The notes beneath the pieces were generated by a model. That model saw only the letters and a program-made list of their open reading frames with translations, was not told the DNA's origin and made no database searches. Position numbers and translations under genes: made by a program. A stretch of 59,078 nucleotides of DNA, counting the filler, from Catajapyx aquilonaris (Eukaryota): the NCBI GenBank assembly GCA_000934665.2. It is 3 parts of 3 records of this genome, joined end to end, with 100 filler letters (N's around TTAATTAATTAA, not from the genome) between each part and the next. Parts side by side here need not be neighbours in the genome. Positions count along the whole stretch, not along the records: positions 1 to 19,627 come from JYFJ02006415.1; 2 more parts are not named here. One strand, given 5' to 3'. Within the stretch, counting starts at the first letter, position 1. Each line of letters starts with the position of its first letter. Shown piece after piece: positions 1-12,227 of this stretch.

Positions 1-2029
1 CGTATTGTTCCTCGTGCACGTGAACCAAGTCCGGCCAAGTCATCTCACTTAGCTTATAGCCTCGAAGAAAGGCTTGGCGTCCACCACGATCTCACGATTT
101 TGTACGGCGGAGTGGACAAGGCATGGCTCCCAGGCACTATCTCACAGGTTTTTTCGGCAGACGACTTGGCGCGTTTTTTACGAGTGCGTTTTTGAGGGGG
201 ATATATGTAACTCGAAATCGTCAAAATGTGGACTTGGGACCTTTGGATACTCAAGGTTTCAATTGCATCTTATATGCTTATAAAAATGTGGCAACAAAAT
301 GATGATGTCAATAAAAAGCAACTAAATCTACACATGGTGTCCCTTTCACGCAGCTGTGCACACTATAACATAAATGTGATAATAAAATGCTTTGCAGCCG
401 GACGTATAAAACAGCCTCTGGATGAATGCATTACAATGTAATGAAAATTTTACAAGTTCCTTGAATAACTTCTATATGCAAATACTGTCTGGCACAAAAT
501 CTATTGTTATTACACTGTGATTGACCACAATGGCTGATTGGTAGGTCCTGCCGGCTAATGTGGTGCGGCTCATTATCGACCCAAACGCTATTGTCACGAA
601 CAAAAGAGTTCATCAGTAGCTGTCGTTCTGAATCAAAATGTAATGGCTTCATAAAGTCCAACAGCTCCCGATTCATCGAAATTGCTATTGAAACGCATAA
701 CAAACAGAGTATAAATATGCATTCCGAATTTTTTTTCCGTACCGAGCACAATCTACGTTAAAAATAAAACCATGGTTATATTTTACGCGCACAGTTCCAT
801 CAAACAAAGTCTCGATTGCATTAAAGCCCACCACTTTAACGAGCGCGCTTCTTGCAATTTAAACTCATAAATGTGCTGAACGTTTCTAGTGGCAATTAAG
901 CTTCAGTCGACCGCAAGTTTCCCTTGAAAATATTTCCCTCTCAGGAACCCCACCAGCTGGAAGCTTTCGGTTTTGAAATTTTCAACATTGCGCCAACGTC
1001 TCCTCCGCCGCCGCCGTCATAATTATATTACGCATGTCATTGGCCAAGTAAAATCCAGATGAATAATTTCATGGTCCCTTCCAGCAGCAGCACAGATTAT
1101 TTTTCACTCTCTCTAGCTTCATCCCAGGGCCAAGAATTTCAAATGCAAACCGATTTTGGAGACTTGTGTTCGCCCCAGCTAACAGGAGATGACGACTTTC
1201 CCTCCCTTTTTTCATACCTATGGGGGGGGGGGGTCACAGGGACCCTTTTTTTCATTATTCAGGAGAGTACAGGTTGCATTATTTAAGGGGCCTGAAAGGC
1301 GACACTTCCCCGGGCAGGACAGTTGCGTATTAATTTTTTCCCGAGGCTCCAGTGCGTGAATATATGACGGGGATTTTCAAGCCCTGGTCTGCTGGTCGAG
1401 TCCTTTCCTAGGGGGAATATGTCGGTGGTGCAGAGTACAGTGCATTACCCATCCGGACACATGTTGAGTACAACTGCGTAGGCGTGGTGGGACTGACTCA
1501 CGCAAAACCTTTTGTTCGGATTTGTATGTATATGGATTGAAGCGATGCAGCACGTCAGGTGTGCATTAGTGTCAGATGCACACAGTAGTTGTCAGGATTC
1601 ACGTGAAGTTAAATTCAAAACACCTTTGTGTCTACTTACTTTGTTATGCAGCAGATTATATTGCGACGTAGTAGAGAATTTCCATATTTATGCTTTTGTC
1701 ACACAAAAGTCAAGATTAGTTGGCAATAACCCCTCATTTCAGTTTGCAAAATATTATATTTTTGTGCTGATTTGTAGCGCTTATAGACGGATGCATTCAA
1801 ATTGTTGAGTTACTGTAAACTTGTGCATTTATAACACTATAAATATTCGTGTGCACACTATATTTTAAAATGACACGGAAGAGACACTGCAGATGTGATT
1901 ATGCGTGCTGTGAAGTTACGTGCAATTTCCGTTGTTAAAAAGTACACCAGTCACGCTCATTCCGGGTACAAAAAAGCGACCTTCGTTGTACAGTCAGTTT
2001 AGAGCTTTCATTCTGAATTTTTAAACCAT

Positions 2030-2093
2030 GGTCTATGACGCATTACTATATTATAAATAGGCGAGTACCATACCGACGAATAACAATTGCACG
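2030..2093 (+). promoter_or_regulatory. Conserved TATA-containing core promoter of the OBP-like genes (copy 1)
   Basis: GTCTAYGACGC...TATAAA..GAGTACCAT...GAAT.ACAATT.C.CGATG is conserved upstream of all four ATGs (also ~6247-6309, ~12165-12227, ~17342-17412). An upstream AAGCGRCCTT block is also shared. Confidence 0.65.
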
Positions 2094-3822
2094 ATGGCAC
2101 CCTTAAGATTGGGTGTCTCGCTCTTGCTGCTGGCGACACTCACTTGGGCAGACGATGCAGGTACTGTAATACGGACAGCAGTTATTCTGTACGCCTGCAG
2201 TTACTGAGCCAAAATAATTTATTTTTGCAGACCCATGTGACTGCCCAAATTGGCAAGAGGACAATATAATGGAGGTTGGTAAAAATATATGCTACTTATA
2301 CGTTATATCGCTTCATTTTGCTTATTAATATTTTACTTTCGTAGAAATGCTGTTTAGGGACTGAGGCTATAACGATGTGGGACGACTGCGTGAATGAGAA
2401 GGGGGTGGAGCCAGACCTGTGGAAGGGCATGCTTGATTATGCTAGTAGAAAACCATCAGAAGAATGTTTCACCGACGATATTAAAGCAGTCTTCAGTGAA
2501 TGGATTGACGTTGATAAGGAAAAGGTGCATGTTTGTCTCGGTGTATTTAAATTTATAATACAATCGTTATTTCTGACAGTTAGAAATCGCTACAAAAAAG
2601 TGCAAGAAAACGCAGCATGGATTACAAAAATAATTATAAGACATTCTCTATTGACATGATTCCTCTCTCTTTCAGTGCGTATCTCATTGCGTCTTAAAGG
2701 GATTGGATTTGGTAAGTAAAATAATATTTTTAATACCCTAAAATATGTCATTTTGAGTCCTGCGTTTTCGCAACATCGCCTGAGTGACAGTACTTGTCTG
2801 TTTGTTTAATATTGGCCAATGCTTCATCGAAAGATTTACTGCGATCTTCTTTTATCTCATCCACATTACTACATCTGGCTATACGTAGTAATGGACTCAC
2901 AATGACAGCATATAAAGATAATCCTGATCCAATTGTTTATGACAATTAACAATGTTTAGCTGAAAGAAGACGAATGCGTGGATCAAGATAAACTAATTAA
3001 AAAGGTGACCGACATGGTAGCCAAAAAGGGCATGACCCTTGAACCTTCTGAAGAGCTAATGAATTGCTTGAAAGCTGCAGACCAAGGTATCAAACGAGCA
3101 GGTTGGTGTGACATAACTTGACCTAATTACACATATATTCGACAGGGCCAGACACCAAATGCATCGACTCGACCAATATGTTGGAATGCTTCTGGGAGTT
3201 TTCATTTAAAGATGTAAGCGTAAAAATTAATGAAGCAGTCATGAATCTTGTAACCGCAATATTAAAATTCGACAGTTCACTATAAAATGTTGGGAGGAAA
3301 ACTGCAAACATGGACGTCGAAAGAGGGAAATCAGTGATGATGTTGAAGGAATTGCTGACTCCAAATATGGCAAAAAAGCTGATTGTAATATGATGACGAC
3401 GGCAACAGCGGCACCCGAAGCTGCTCGAAATCGTCGAAGGAATCGTCAAAGAGGAAGAAGTAGTAGACGTAAGGCTGACTAATTACATATTTATTTTTAT
3501 GTAAGGTGCAACAGTAAGAGAGTGTTAAATAACACGTATTCAATACTGATCGTCATTAGTCTCATCTGGAAGTATCATATCAAATTTCTTATTTCCTGAA
3601 TTATTTTGAATTTATTTAGAAATTATTTTGAATTAATACTGACTCATATTTTTAAAAAGCCAAGTTGTACCCAGAAACTCAATTTAAGTGAAAAATATTC
3701 CCATGGTGACTCTTACATATTTATGGCATACAATCTCACTTGAGGGAAGGTTTTATTTATTTTGCATGTGATCTTTTGCAGAAAGAAATGGAGGACGAGG
3801 TGTAGTCCGACACTCTCCATAA
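2094..3822 (+). CDS. Secreted Cys-rich odorant-binding-protein-like protein, copy 1 (251 aa, long basic C-terminal tail)
   Basis: Exons 2094-2160, 2231-2274, 2345-2524, 2676-2711, 2960-3086, 3146-3213, 3276-3468, 3782-3822. All introns are GT-AG and the frame is continuous (756 nt). Signal peptide MAPLRLGVSLLLLATLTWA; C-x3-C-x42-C-x11-C-x8-C spacing typical of insect OBPs; AATAAA at 3861. The exon architecture matches three paralogs. Confidence 0.85.
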
Positions 3823-4590
3823 ACTGACATCGTCAAACTGACTGGAATCATGTTTCCCTTAATAAATGAATCATCGTTATAGAAACCGACAGTAACTGGT
3901 AAATTATATAAAATCGTAATTTTTGTGTACGTATCATGTAAATGGAATTGTTCGACGTTCTTTGATGACCAGACAGGGCTACGCAATAAAATGTGTTCAA
4001 TGCACTGTACTTCTGGAAGAAAAATAAGGCCTCCGACGATTAAACTTTTTAGCTCAAGTGACTGCACGTCGTGTTATTTTACCAGTTTTATTAAATTCCG
4101 TGTTTAATTTTACCTTACACGTGACATGTTGCGGAGGGGAGACATTTGAATATTTGGGAATAGTTTTGGCCCACATCATATGATTCTTATTGAATTTGAA
4201 CATAGGCTACTGCATGCCTCTTTTGTTGCATAAAGGGGCGGTTACTTAGACACAAATTAATATCAAATTATAATAATATAGTGATTCGAAATAAGCTTCA
4301 ATCCGTAATTAACGGGCACTTATTCCTACAATTATTAGATACTTGATGGAGGCAGCATTTTGCTGTCCTTTCCGGTCCTTCAGCAAAGTATAGAAAGATA
4401 ATTAGGATGGGTCAATAACATAATAAATTATTGCAATACGCACGGGTGAGGCGATTCGACCGTGGTCTATTTGAAAATCTCGTCAACTGTATTAACAAAC
4501 ATTCCACAATTTATTCATCTTCATTCACTTTATGCTATTGCAATGTCAGTCATGCACGAAGAAAGTTTCTTGCCCGACTTCTTTTGCACT

Positions 4591-4905
4591 GTTTTTTTTT
4601 TAAAATTTACCCCGTGAATGACCTGTTAGGTCTTTAGGGGGTGGTGGATTACCACCATTGGTATTTTTGGAGCGTGTTAAGATGAAATCTTATTAGTGTA
4701 CTCCAGGGTTGGTAGGAGGGGATGTGCAAAGTGCATGTGCGCTGTCGTTAATTGGTCATTTTGTGAACTCCCCCGGGTGGCTTAGTCTATCGGAAATTGC
4801 CACTCGAAACGAAGTCAGAGATGGCCCAACTCTGCACGAAAGAAGGTGGGAACCCCGGGTGGGGATTGAACCCGGGACCTTAACTTCCGTGGGCTCCGTC
4901 TCCCT
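4591..4905 (-). mobile_element. tRNA-derived SINE (5'-truncated)
   Basis: Absent from the paralogous site at ~11380. Minus-strand B-box GGTTCAATCCC at ~4862-4872; the T-run at 4592-4601 is the poly(A) tail. Confidence 0.6.
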
Positions 4906-6309
4906 ACTTATTTGTTAGTCCAATGAGCAACAAAAATGCAGTGTTGGATAATGAACCCTAAACAAAGTATTGCTTTGTCGAAAAAAAAGAGTTTAATATT
5001 GTGCTACCAGACACTAATAATTTATTTTTATACCAGGTATAGGGGTGTTCCAGGAGATCATTTTACGTAATGTAGGCATCTTAGGTGTCTCCAGCATAGC
5101 TATGGAGATAATTACTATGAAATAGAGAGTGGATCATAACAACTGGTTGCGAATACAGCCTGCGACACTTCCATCAGCTCGACCATTGCCTGCTACGCCG
5201 TACCTTTTTAAAGCGCATGGTAACACCTATTAAAAAGAAAGAGGTAAGGTCGCGAGGAGAGACGCATACGTGCCAGGATATGCTATACGCGTATCTTGCC
5301 TTTGAAACCCATGATCTCGGGAGAATAAACAGTCACTGCCAGATGTCCACTTACCAGCCTTTAGGGGCAGACCGAAGTAGATGAAACTCCCGAAGCCCCC
5401 TACCCAGGAAGTGTCTCAACAAGAGGAATTCAACTCTGGCCCGCTCAGACTTTTTCATGGTCATGGCTGTTCATCCAGATTAGTGGACCAGCCCACTGGT
5501 TTCAACCTTCCAAGGAAGTCAGCCTTCCAGTTGGATGACTATTTTCCAGGGTCCTACAAAGAGAAGAAAAGGTAACTTCACATATGATGACACGGACTTA
5601 TCAGTACAGACGCCAGGACTGTGACAGTAAGTCTCGCCGTAGTCATATACTCCACATCGAAATAGACCAAGACGTTGCTCCAACAGGTCGTAGAATGGGA
5701 CCTACTATATGCTGAAGTCGGTCATTCCCTGGTCCACTGGTTTCAAGGGTACTAATAGAGACTCCAACTACGACAGATGTCAACTTCAGGGTGATAAGAT
5801 GGGTATATGTTAGGTTAGGTTAGGGATAGGTTAGGTCAACTGCCTGGGACACCGTAAGACTGTTACCGACTGTTACGGTTGCAGGAGAGACATTATCTTG
5901 TGAGGCGCCTCTGTAGGCAATCTTTAAAACTCTTGGTAACGTCTGATTTAACGTAAAAATTAGGCAAATACAAAATTGGTCATACTTTTAGGTCGCAGAT
6001 ATTACGGTATCTTTTTCCGCACGAAAAATGACAATTTGAAACACACAAAAACAGTTCAATTACTGTAAGCTTGTGCACTTATAACACTTAAAAGAATCTG
6101 CGCATAAAATGTTTCTAAATACGTAACATTCGGAGAAGAGATTGGAGATGGAGCATCCACTGACCTATGACACTCTACATGAAAAAGCGACCTTCATAGC
6201 TTCATGGATAACTTATCGCTGATGCCTTTCAAAAAAGGTCATCTTCGTCTACGACGCGTATAAAAATTATAAATACTTGAGTACCATCCTGCCGAATAAC
6301 AATTGCGCG

Positions 6310-8917
6310 ATGGCATTCCTGGAATTTTGTGCCTCGTTCTTGCTGCTGACGACACTGGCTTGGGTAGAACAAGCAGGTAAGGGCAACATTATTTTATTCT
6401 GTACACCGCGGTAATCAACCTGAAGTAACTGGATTTTTTTTTTTTTGCAGACCCAGCCTGTGAATGCATTAATTGGGACACGGATAATGTACGGGAGGTT
6501 GGTAAATTCAGGCTACCCTTTTTTTATCTTATTCAATTTGCATCTTAATGTTACTATCTTGTGTAGAAATGCGATATAGGCACTGAGACTGGAGCGCTTT
6601 GGGACAAGTGCGCGAAGGAAATGAACGTGGACCCAGAACTGTGGGAGGCCGTTGGTGTACATTCTAGTCGGAAAAATGCGGAAGAGTGCCGTGTCAACCC
6701 TGACAGTGCAGAAATATTTAAAAAATTTGGTAAAGTGGAAAGAGAACAGGTACTATAGTTTCTTTCACTGTATATTTAACATCATCATTATTGCACAAAG
6801 AATGGGAAACACTCTTCGCGGATTATAAAATAATTATGGCAGACTCTCTTTTCACGTCTTTCCTGTTTCTCTTTCAGTGCGTGACTTATTGCATCTTAAA
6901 GGAGTTGGGTGGGGTAAGTAAAAGAAGTGTAATAGAAACTGTCATTTTGAGTCCTGCGTTATAACAACATTGCATGATCACGTGTGTCTTTTTCTTTAAT
7001 TGACCAAAGCTTTATACGCTATGAAAAGTCTTACTGCGATCTCCTTTTTATCTCACATTACATCTGGCTAGTAATGGACTCACGATGGCGGCGCGCCGCC
7101 ATCGTGAGTCCATTACTTCATTAATTCGCCGCGGCGAATTAATGAAGTTAATGATCATTCAGATCCAAGTATTTATGACAGTTTACAATATTTAGGTGAA
7201 CGCTGACGAAACCATCAATCAAGAAGAACTACTCAGAAAGGTGACCGAAATGGCAGCCGAAAAGGGAGTGACACTACCTTCTGACCAGATCAAGAAATGC
7301 TTGAAAGATGCAGGCAAAGGTATCAAACAAGTTTTAACCCTTTGATGACGGAGTTTTTTTTCCCCCTTTTCCGGAAATTTTATGACCTCGCCGATTTTCT
7401 TGAAATTCGGTGCATTGGTAGCCCACCCCAAGGGATGAAAAACGCACATATAGTTACCTGATCAAAATGACCTCGTGACCCAATTTTGAGGGGGGCAGAG
7501 GTCAAATCATAAAATATCGACCTCACTGATTTTCTTGAAATTCGGTGCATTGGTAGCCCACACCACGGGATGAAAAACGCACATATAGTTACCTAATAAA
7601 AATGACCTCGTGACCCAATTTTGAGGGGGGCAGAGGTCGAATCATAAAATATCGACCTCACTGATTTTCTTGAAATTCGGTGCATTGGTAGCCCACCCCA
7701 AGGGATGAAAAATGCACCTATAGTTACCTGATCAAAATGACCTCGTGACCCAATTCTGATGAGGGCAGAGGTCAAATTCCAACCTCACCGATTTTCTTGA
7801 AATTCGGGGGTTATACCAAGGTTATACACACTTACATTTTTTTGCGTACACGCGTACTACCCGTCTTAGTGAATCACAAGGGAGACTTTGCAAGTGCCAG
7901 TCACAAATTTTCTTGAAATTCGGCGCATTGACATATGTCCCCTCCAATATGGGTCACAGGGTGATGTCGAGCAGGGAACTATAGGTGGGTTTGTCATCCC
8001 TTGGTGTGGGCTACTAATGCACCGAATTTGAAGATAATCGGCGAGGTCGGAATTTTATGATTTGACCTCTGCCCCCCTCAAAATTGGGTCACGAGGTCAT
8101 TTTGATCAGGTCACTATAGGTGCGCTTTTCATCCCTTGGGGTGGGCTACCAATGCACCGAATTTCAAGAAAATCGGTGAGGTCGAAAGTTTATGATTTGA
8201 CCTCTGCCCCCTCAAAATTGGGTCACTTGGTCATTTTGATCAGGTAACTATAGGTGCGTTTTTCATCCCTTGGTGTGGGCTACCAATGCACCGAATTTGA
8301 AAAAATCCGGTGAGGTCGAAATTTGACCTCTGCCCCCCTCAAAATTGGGTCACGAGGTCATTTTGATCTGGTCACTATATGTGCGTTTTTCATCCCTTGG
8401 GGTGGGCTACCAATGCACCGAATTTCAAGAAAATCGGTGAGGTCGAAATTTTATGATTTGACCTCTGCCCCATCAAAATTGGGTCACGAGGTCATTTTGA
8501 TCAGGTAACTATAGGTGCGTTTTTCATCCCTTGGGGTGGGCTACCAATGCACCGAATTTCAAGAAAATCGTTGAGGTTGAAATTTTTTGCGTTGAAAAAT
8601 GACCCAAGTTGGCCGGGCAAATCTCCGGAAATCATATGATGGCTGTAGGCAGCAAAGGGTTAAGTGACACAACTTGACCTTATTTACACATTTTCCATAG
8701 GGCCTGCAACCAAGTGCGTGGACTCAAGCGATATGATAGATTGCTTTTGGGACTTGGCATTAAAAGAGGTAGGCCTTGTTTACTTTTAAAAGAGTTCATG
8801 AAGTGTGCATGATTCTTGTAATTGCAATATCATAATACCACACAGTACGGCCTGAAATGTTGGGAGGACAACTGCAAGGTTGGACGTCGAAGGATCGAAA
8901 TCAGTCGTCGAAGATAA
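6310..8917 (+). CDS. Secreted 12-Cys OBP-like protein, copy 2 (198 aa)
   Basis: Exons 6310-6376, 6451-6497, 6567-6749, 6878-6913, 7196-7319, 8701-8768, 8846-8917 (597 nt, open). Protein runs MAFLEFCASFLLLTTLAWVEQADPACEC...CVTYC...KKC...TKCVDSSDMIDC...KCWEDNCKVGRRRIEISRRR. Non-coding last exon from 9268; AATAAA at 9350. Confidence 0.88.
7338..8659. mobile_element. Non-autonomous piggyBac-type element with inverted arrays of a ~135-bp unit (foldback-like), in intron 5 of copy 2
   Basis: TTAA|CCCTTTG...CAAAGGG|TTAA ends. The paralogous intron of copy 3 (13201-13257) has a single TTAA, the empty site. About 3 units at 7384-7807 and about 4.5 inverted units at 7977-8585. Confidence 0.85.
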
Positions 8918-9672
8918 AGAGGTGGAGGTAAGACTGACTAATTACGTTTATTTCCAGAGTAATTTGCAATGGTATGTTAGCAATAACATGTAGACTATAC
9001 GACGTATTTACAACTGATCTGCACTAACCTAATCTGGAAATATGCATAACATTTTTTTAAAAATTCAGTGACTGACCCAAAAATAATATTATTTACCTAT
9101 TAAAAGTCCAAACTAATGTTCTAGACGTAACTAAAGGTCCGATAATATAAACTCAAATTAAGGGAAAACATTATGTTGGTGACTTTAACATTTTATTTCA
9201 TACCACAGGACTTGAAGTATAGCGTTTTATTACTTACGTTTTACAGAACTTATTTGTCCTTTTGCAGAAAGACGTATAGGATGAGGCCTATAGTCCAGCT
9301 CTCTACTTAAAACTGACATTGTCAAAATGACTGGATAAATGTTTCCCTTAATAAATGAACTATTCTTGCTGAAAACTAATACTGTAGTTGCTGCAAAATC
9401 AAACTATAATTTCTTTGATGTAAGTACAGTATAAATGGAATTGTTCGGTGTTCGCTGATGACCAGGAAGCGCTAAATAATAATTATTGTGTTAGAAATAA
9501 AATTGTTTTAAAATGTGATTCAAATGCACAGGTTCCAAATAAAATATGAGCAACGCATTTGAACTTTCCCTATTACTGCCTTTCCCGCTTTTACTGCCTT
9601 TTCATGAACTTCCCCTTTTCCTTGCGACCTTACAGTGTATTAAAACAAAATGACAGAATAAAGGAAATAAAT

Positions 9673-10217
9673 GAAGGGTTAAATGCAATAAGGGGTTAAG
9701 TCCACAGAACCCAACTTTTGGAAAACAAGAAAAAATCGATTGAAAAAAAAGCGGATAGAGCTATTTCATCCAAAATTATATCTTATGTCACTCTCTAGTC
9801 TCTACCTTAGAACCATGCCAGTTCATTCACGGTTCTTAATTGTCATAAGTGTTACAGTTATAGCTCAACAAAGTCTAGGGAAGGCAATGACATCCAAATA
9901 ATAATAACTTATAGCGCCATCTTTGATAAAGGATCAGATTCGTGCAATAAGAGTATAGGCCTACACGTCAGCCGGACTTGCATCCTCATAAGTAGTAATG
10001 ATGTTGAAAGCAAGTTAATGTAAAAGCGATGCACGTCCATTGACGTGCCTCTTTGTTGCACAAAAGAATATATTGCATGGGCATATCTCGCCTGCTATTC
10101 TAGGTAGGTGTACCCTTCTTACATATATTGATGCAGAATTTCTTTTTCTACAACTTGTGCCTGAAATCTCCATTTGCCCAAAAAGTGGACTTAACCCCTA
10201 ATTGCATTTAACTCTTC
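9673..10217. mobile_element. Non-autonomous DNA transposon (Sola1-like MITE)
   Basis: ~33-bp TIRs GAAGRGTTAAATGCAATWAGGGGTTAAGTCCAC and a 4-bp AAAT TSD (an AWWT target, as described for Sola1). A truncated copy lies at ~14694-15194. Confidence 0.65.
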
Positions 10218-12227
10218 AAATATAACAATGATAATAATCCGGAAAGGGCTTGACCTCATTCCGAAGTACCGTACTACTCTGAAGATACGGGCAAGATATT
10301 TTACCCCAAATAACAGCTATACTTACACGTCCATGGCAAAAACTATGAATGTATTTGGAACAATTTTCCTCATCTATAAGTCCCTAAATTAATTTCCAAA
10401 AATTTCGCTGTAAAAGTTGAAATTCGAGTACTTCCGGCCAACTGCTTGGCTGATTATGATATGTCAAAATAAACGGAATAACAATCTTGAGAACAGTGCC
10501 AGACGAATTTGCTGAAATCGTCGTACTTTGCGAGAAATAAATTATTTCTTATCTGCGCCTTATCACATACATCAACCAACCAGCACCTCATTTAATCAAT
10601 GGAACAACAAAGAAAAAATCAACCCTCCGAACAACCAATCTCCAACCAACCAGACAAGTAATCACTTACGGTACTGTTAGCAAGTCATAAGTATTTAACC
10701 AATCATCGTTCAAAAAACCAGCCTATAAACCCTTGGGAATACTATTCTCAGCCCTATAATCACTAATACTAACACCCAGCACAAAGATGACTTGATCAAC
10801 ACCATCTTGTAAAACGTTAAATGCGGAAGTAAGATCTCTGGGTTACATTTACCCATATGGTGAAGATCTTACGCAGCCCAGTCTTGTTTCAGTAATTTCT
10901 ATCCGTCACTTAGATCTTACTTTCCTTTTTTTTACAATTCCATAGGGATTGTTTTTTGTGATAATTGAATTTGAACATACTGTATGTCTCTTTTGCTGCA
11001 TAAAGGAGCGGTTACTTAGACACAAATTAATATCCAATTATAATAATATAGTGATTCGAAATAAGCATCCGTAATTAACGGGCACTTATTCCTACAATAT
11101 TATTAGATACTTGATGGGGGCAGCATTCTGCTGTCCTTCCCGGTCCTTCAGAAAAGTATAGAAAGATAATATTATGATAGGTCAATAACAGAATAAATTA
11201 TTGCAATACGCACGGGTGTCAAAAGTTAAGTGATCAGTAGGTGATTGACCGTGGTCTATTTGAAAATCTTGTCAACTGTATTAACAAACATTCCACAATT
11301 TATTCATCTTCATTCACTTTCTGCTATTGCAATGTCAGTCATGCACGAAGAAAGTATCTTGCCCGACTTCTTTTGCACTTATCTGTTAGTCCAATTAGCA
11401 ACAAAAAATGAAGTGTTGGATATAATGAACCCTAAACAAAATATTGCTTTGTCGAAAAAAGAAGAGTTTAATATGGTGCTACGAGACACTATTAATTTAT
11501 TTTTATATCAGGTATAGGGGTGTTCCAGGAGATCATTTTAATGTATGCATCGTAGGTCTCTCCAGCATAGTTATGGAGATATTACTATGAAATAGAGAGT
11601 GGATCGTAACAACTGTGTTGCGAATACAGCCTGCGACACTTCCATCTGCTCGACCATTGTCAACCAGATGTCGACCAGATGTCAACTACAAGATGATAAG
11701 ATGAGTCTATATGTTATGTTAGGTCAGGTATAGGTCAGGTGAACAGGCTGGGACACCGTAAGACTGTTACCGACTGTTACAGTGGCAGGAGAGACATTAT
11801 CTTGTGAGGCGCTTCTGTAGATAATCCTTGAAACTCTTGGTAACGTCTGATTTAATGTAGAAATAGGCAAATACAAAATTGATCATTCTTTTGGGTCGCA
11901 GATATTACGGTATCTTTTTCCGCACGAAAAATGAAAACTTTGAAACACACAAAAACAATTCAATTACTGTAAGCTTGTGCACTTATAGCACTTAAAAGAT
12001 TGTGCGCATAAAATGTTTCTAAATAAGTAACATTTGGTAACATTCGCAGAAGAGATTGGAGATGGAGCATACTATGCACTGACCTATGACACTCTACATG
12101 AAAGAAGCGACCTTAATGGCTTCGTGGATAACTTATCGCTGATGCCTTTCAAAAGGTCACCTTCGTCTGCGACGCGTATAGAAATTATAAATACTTGAGT
12201 ACCATCCTGCCGAATAACAATTGCGCG

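Larger units (their letters stand above)
4189..10085 (+). repeat. Segmental duplication unit containing OBP-like copy 2 (partner ~10964-15192)
   Basis: Near-identical collinear sequence runs from TTGAATTTGAACATA (4189/10964) to CCTGCTATTCTAGGTA (~10105/15194). The units differ mainly by insertions. Confidence 0.85.

Noticed and set aside
5809..5836. TTAGG telomere-like repeats
   Set aside because: Only a few degenerate units, also present in the duplicate at ~11712. This is a common TE-internal motif rather than a telomere.
7593..8508. Repeated ORFs MTSAPLKIGSRGHFDQVTIG... on both strands
   Set aside because: They are translations of the 135-bp non-coding repeat unit inside an intronic transposon.
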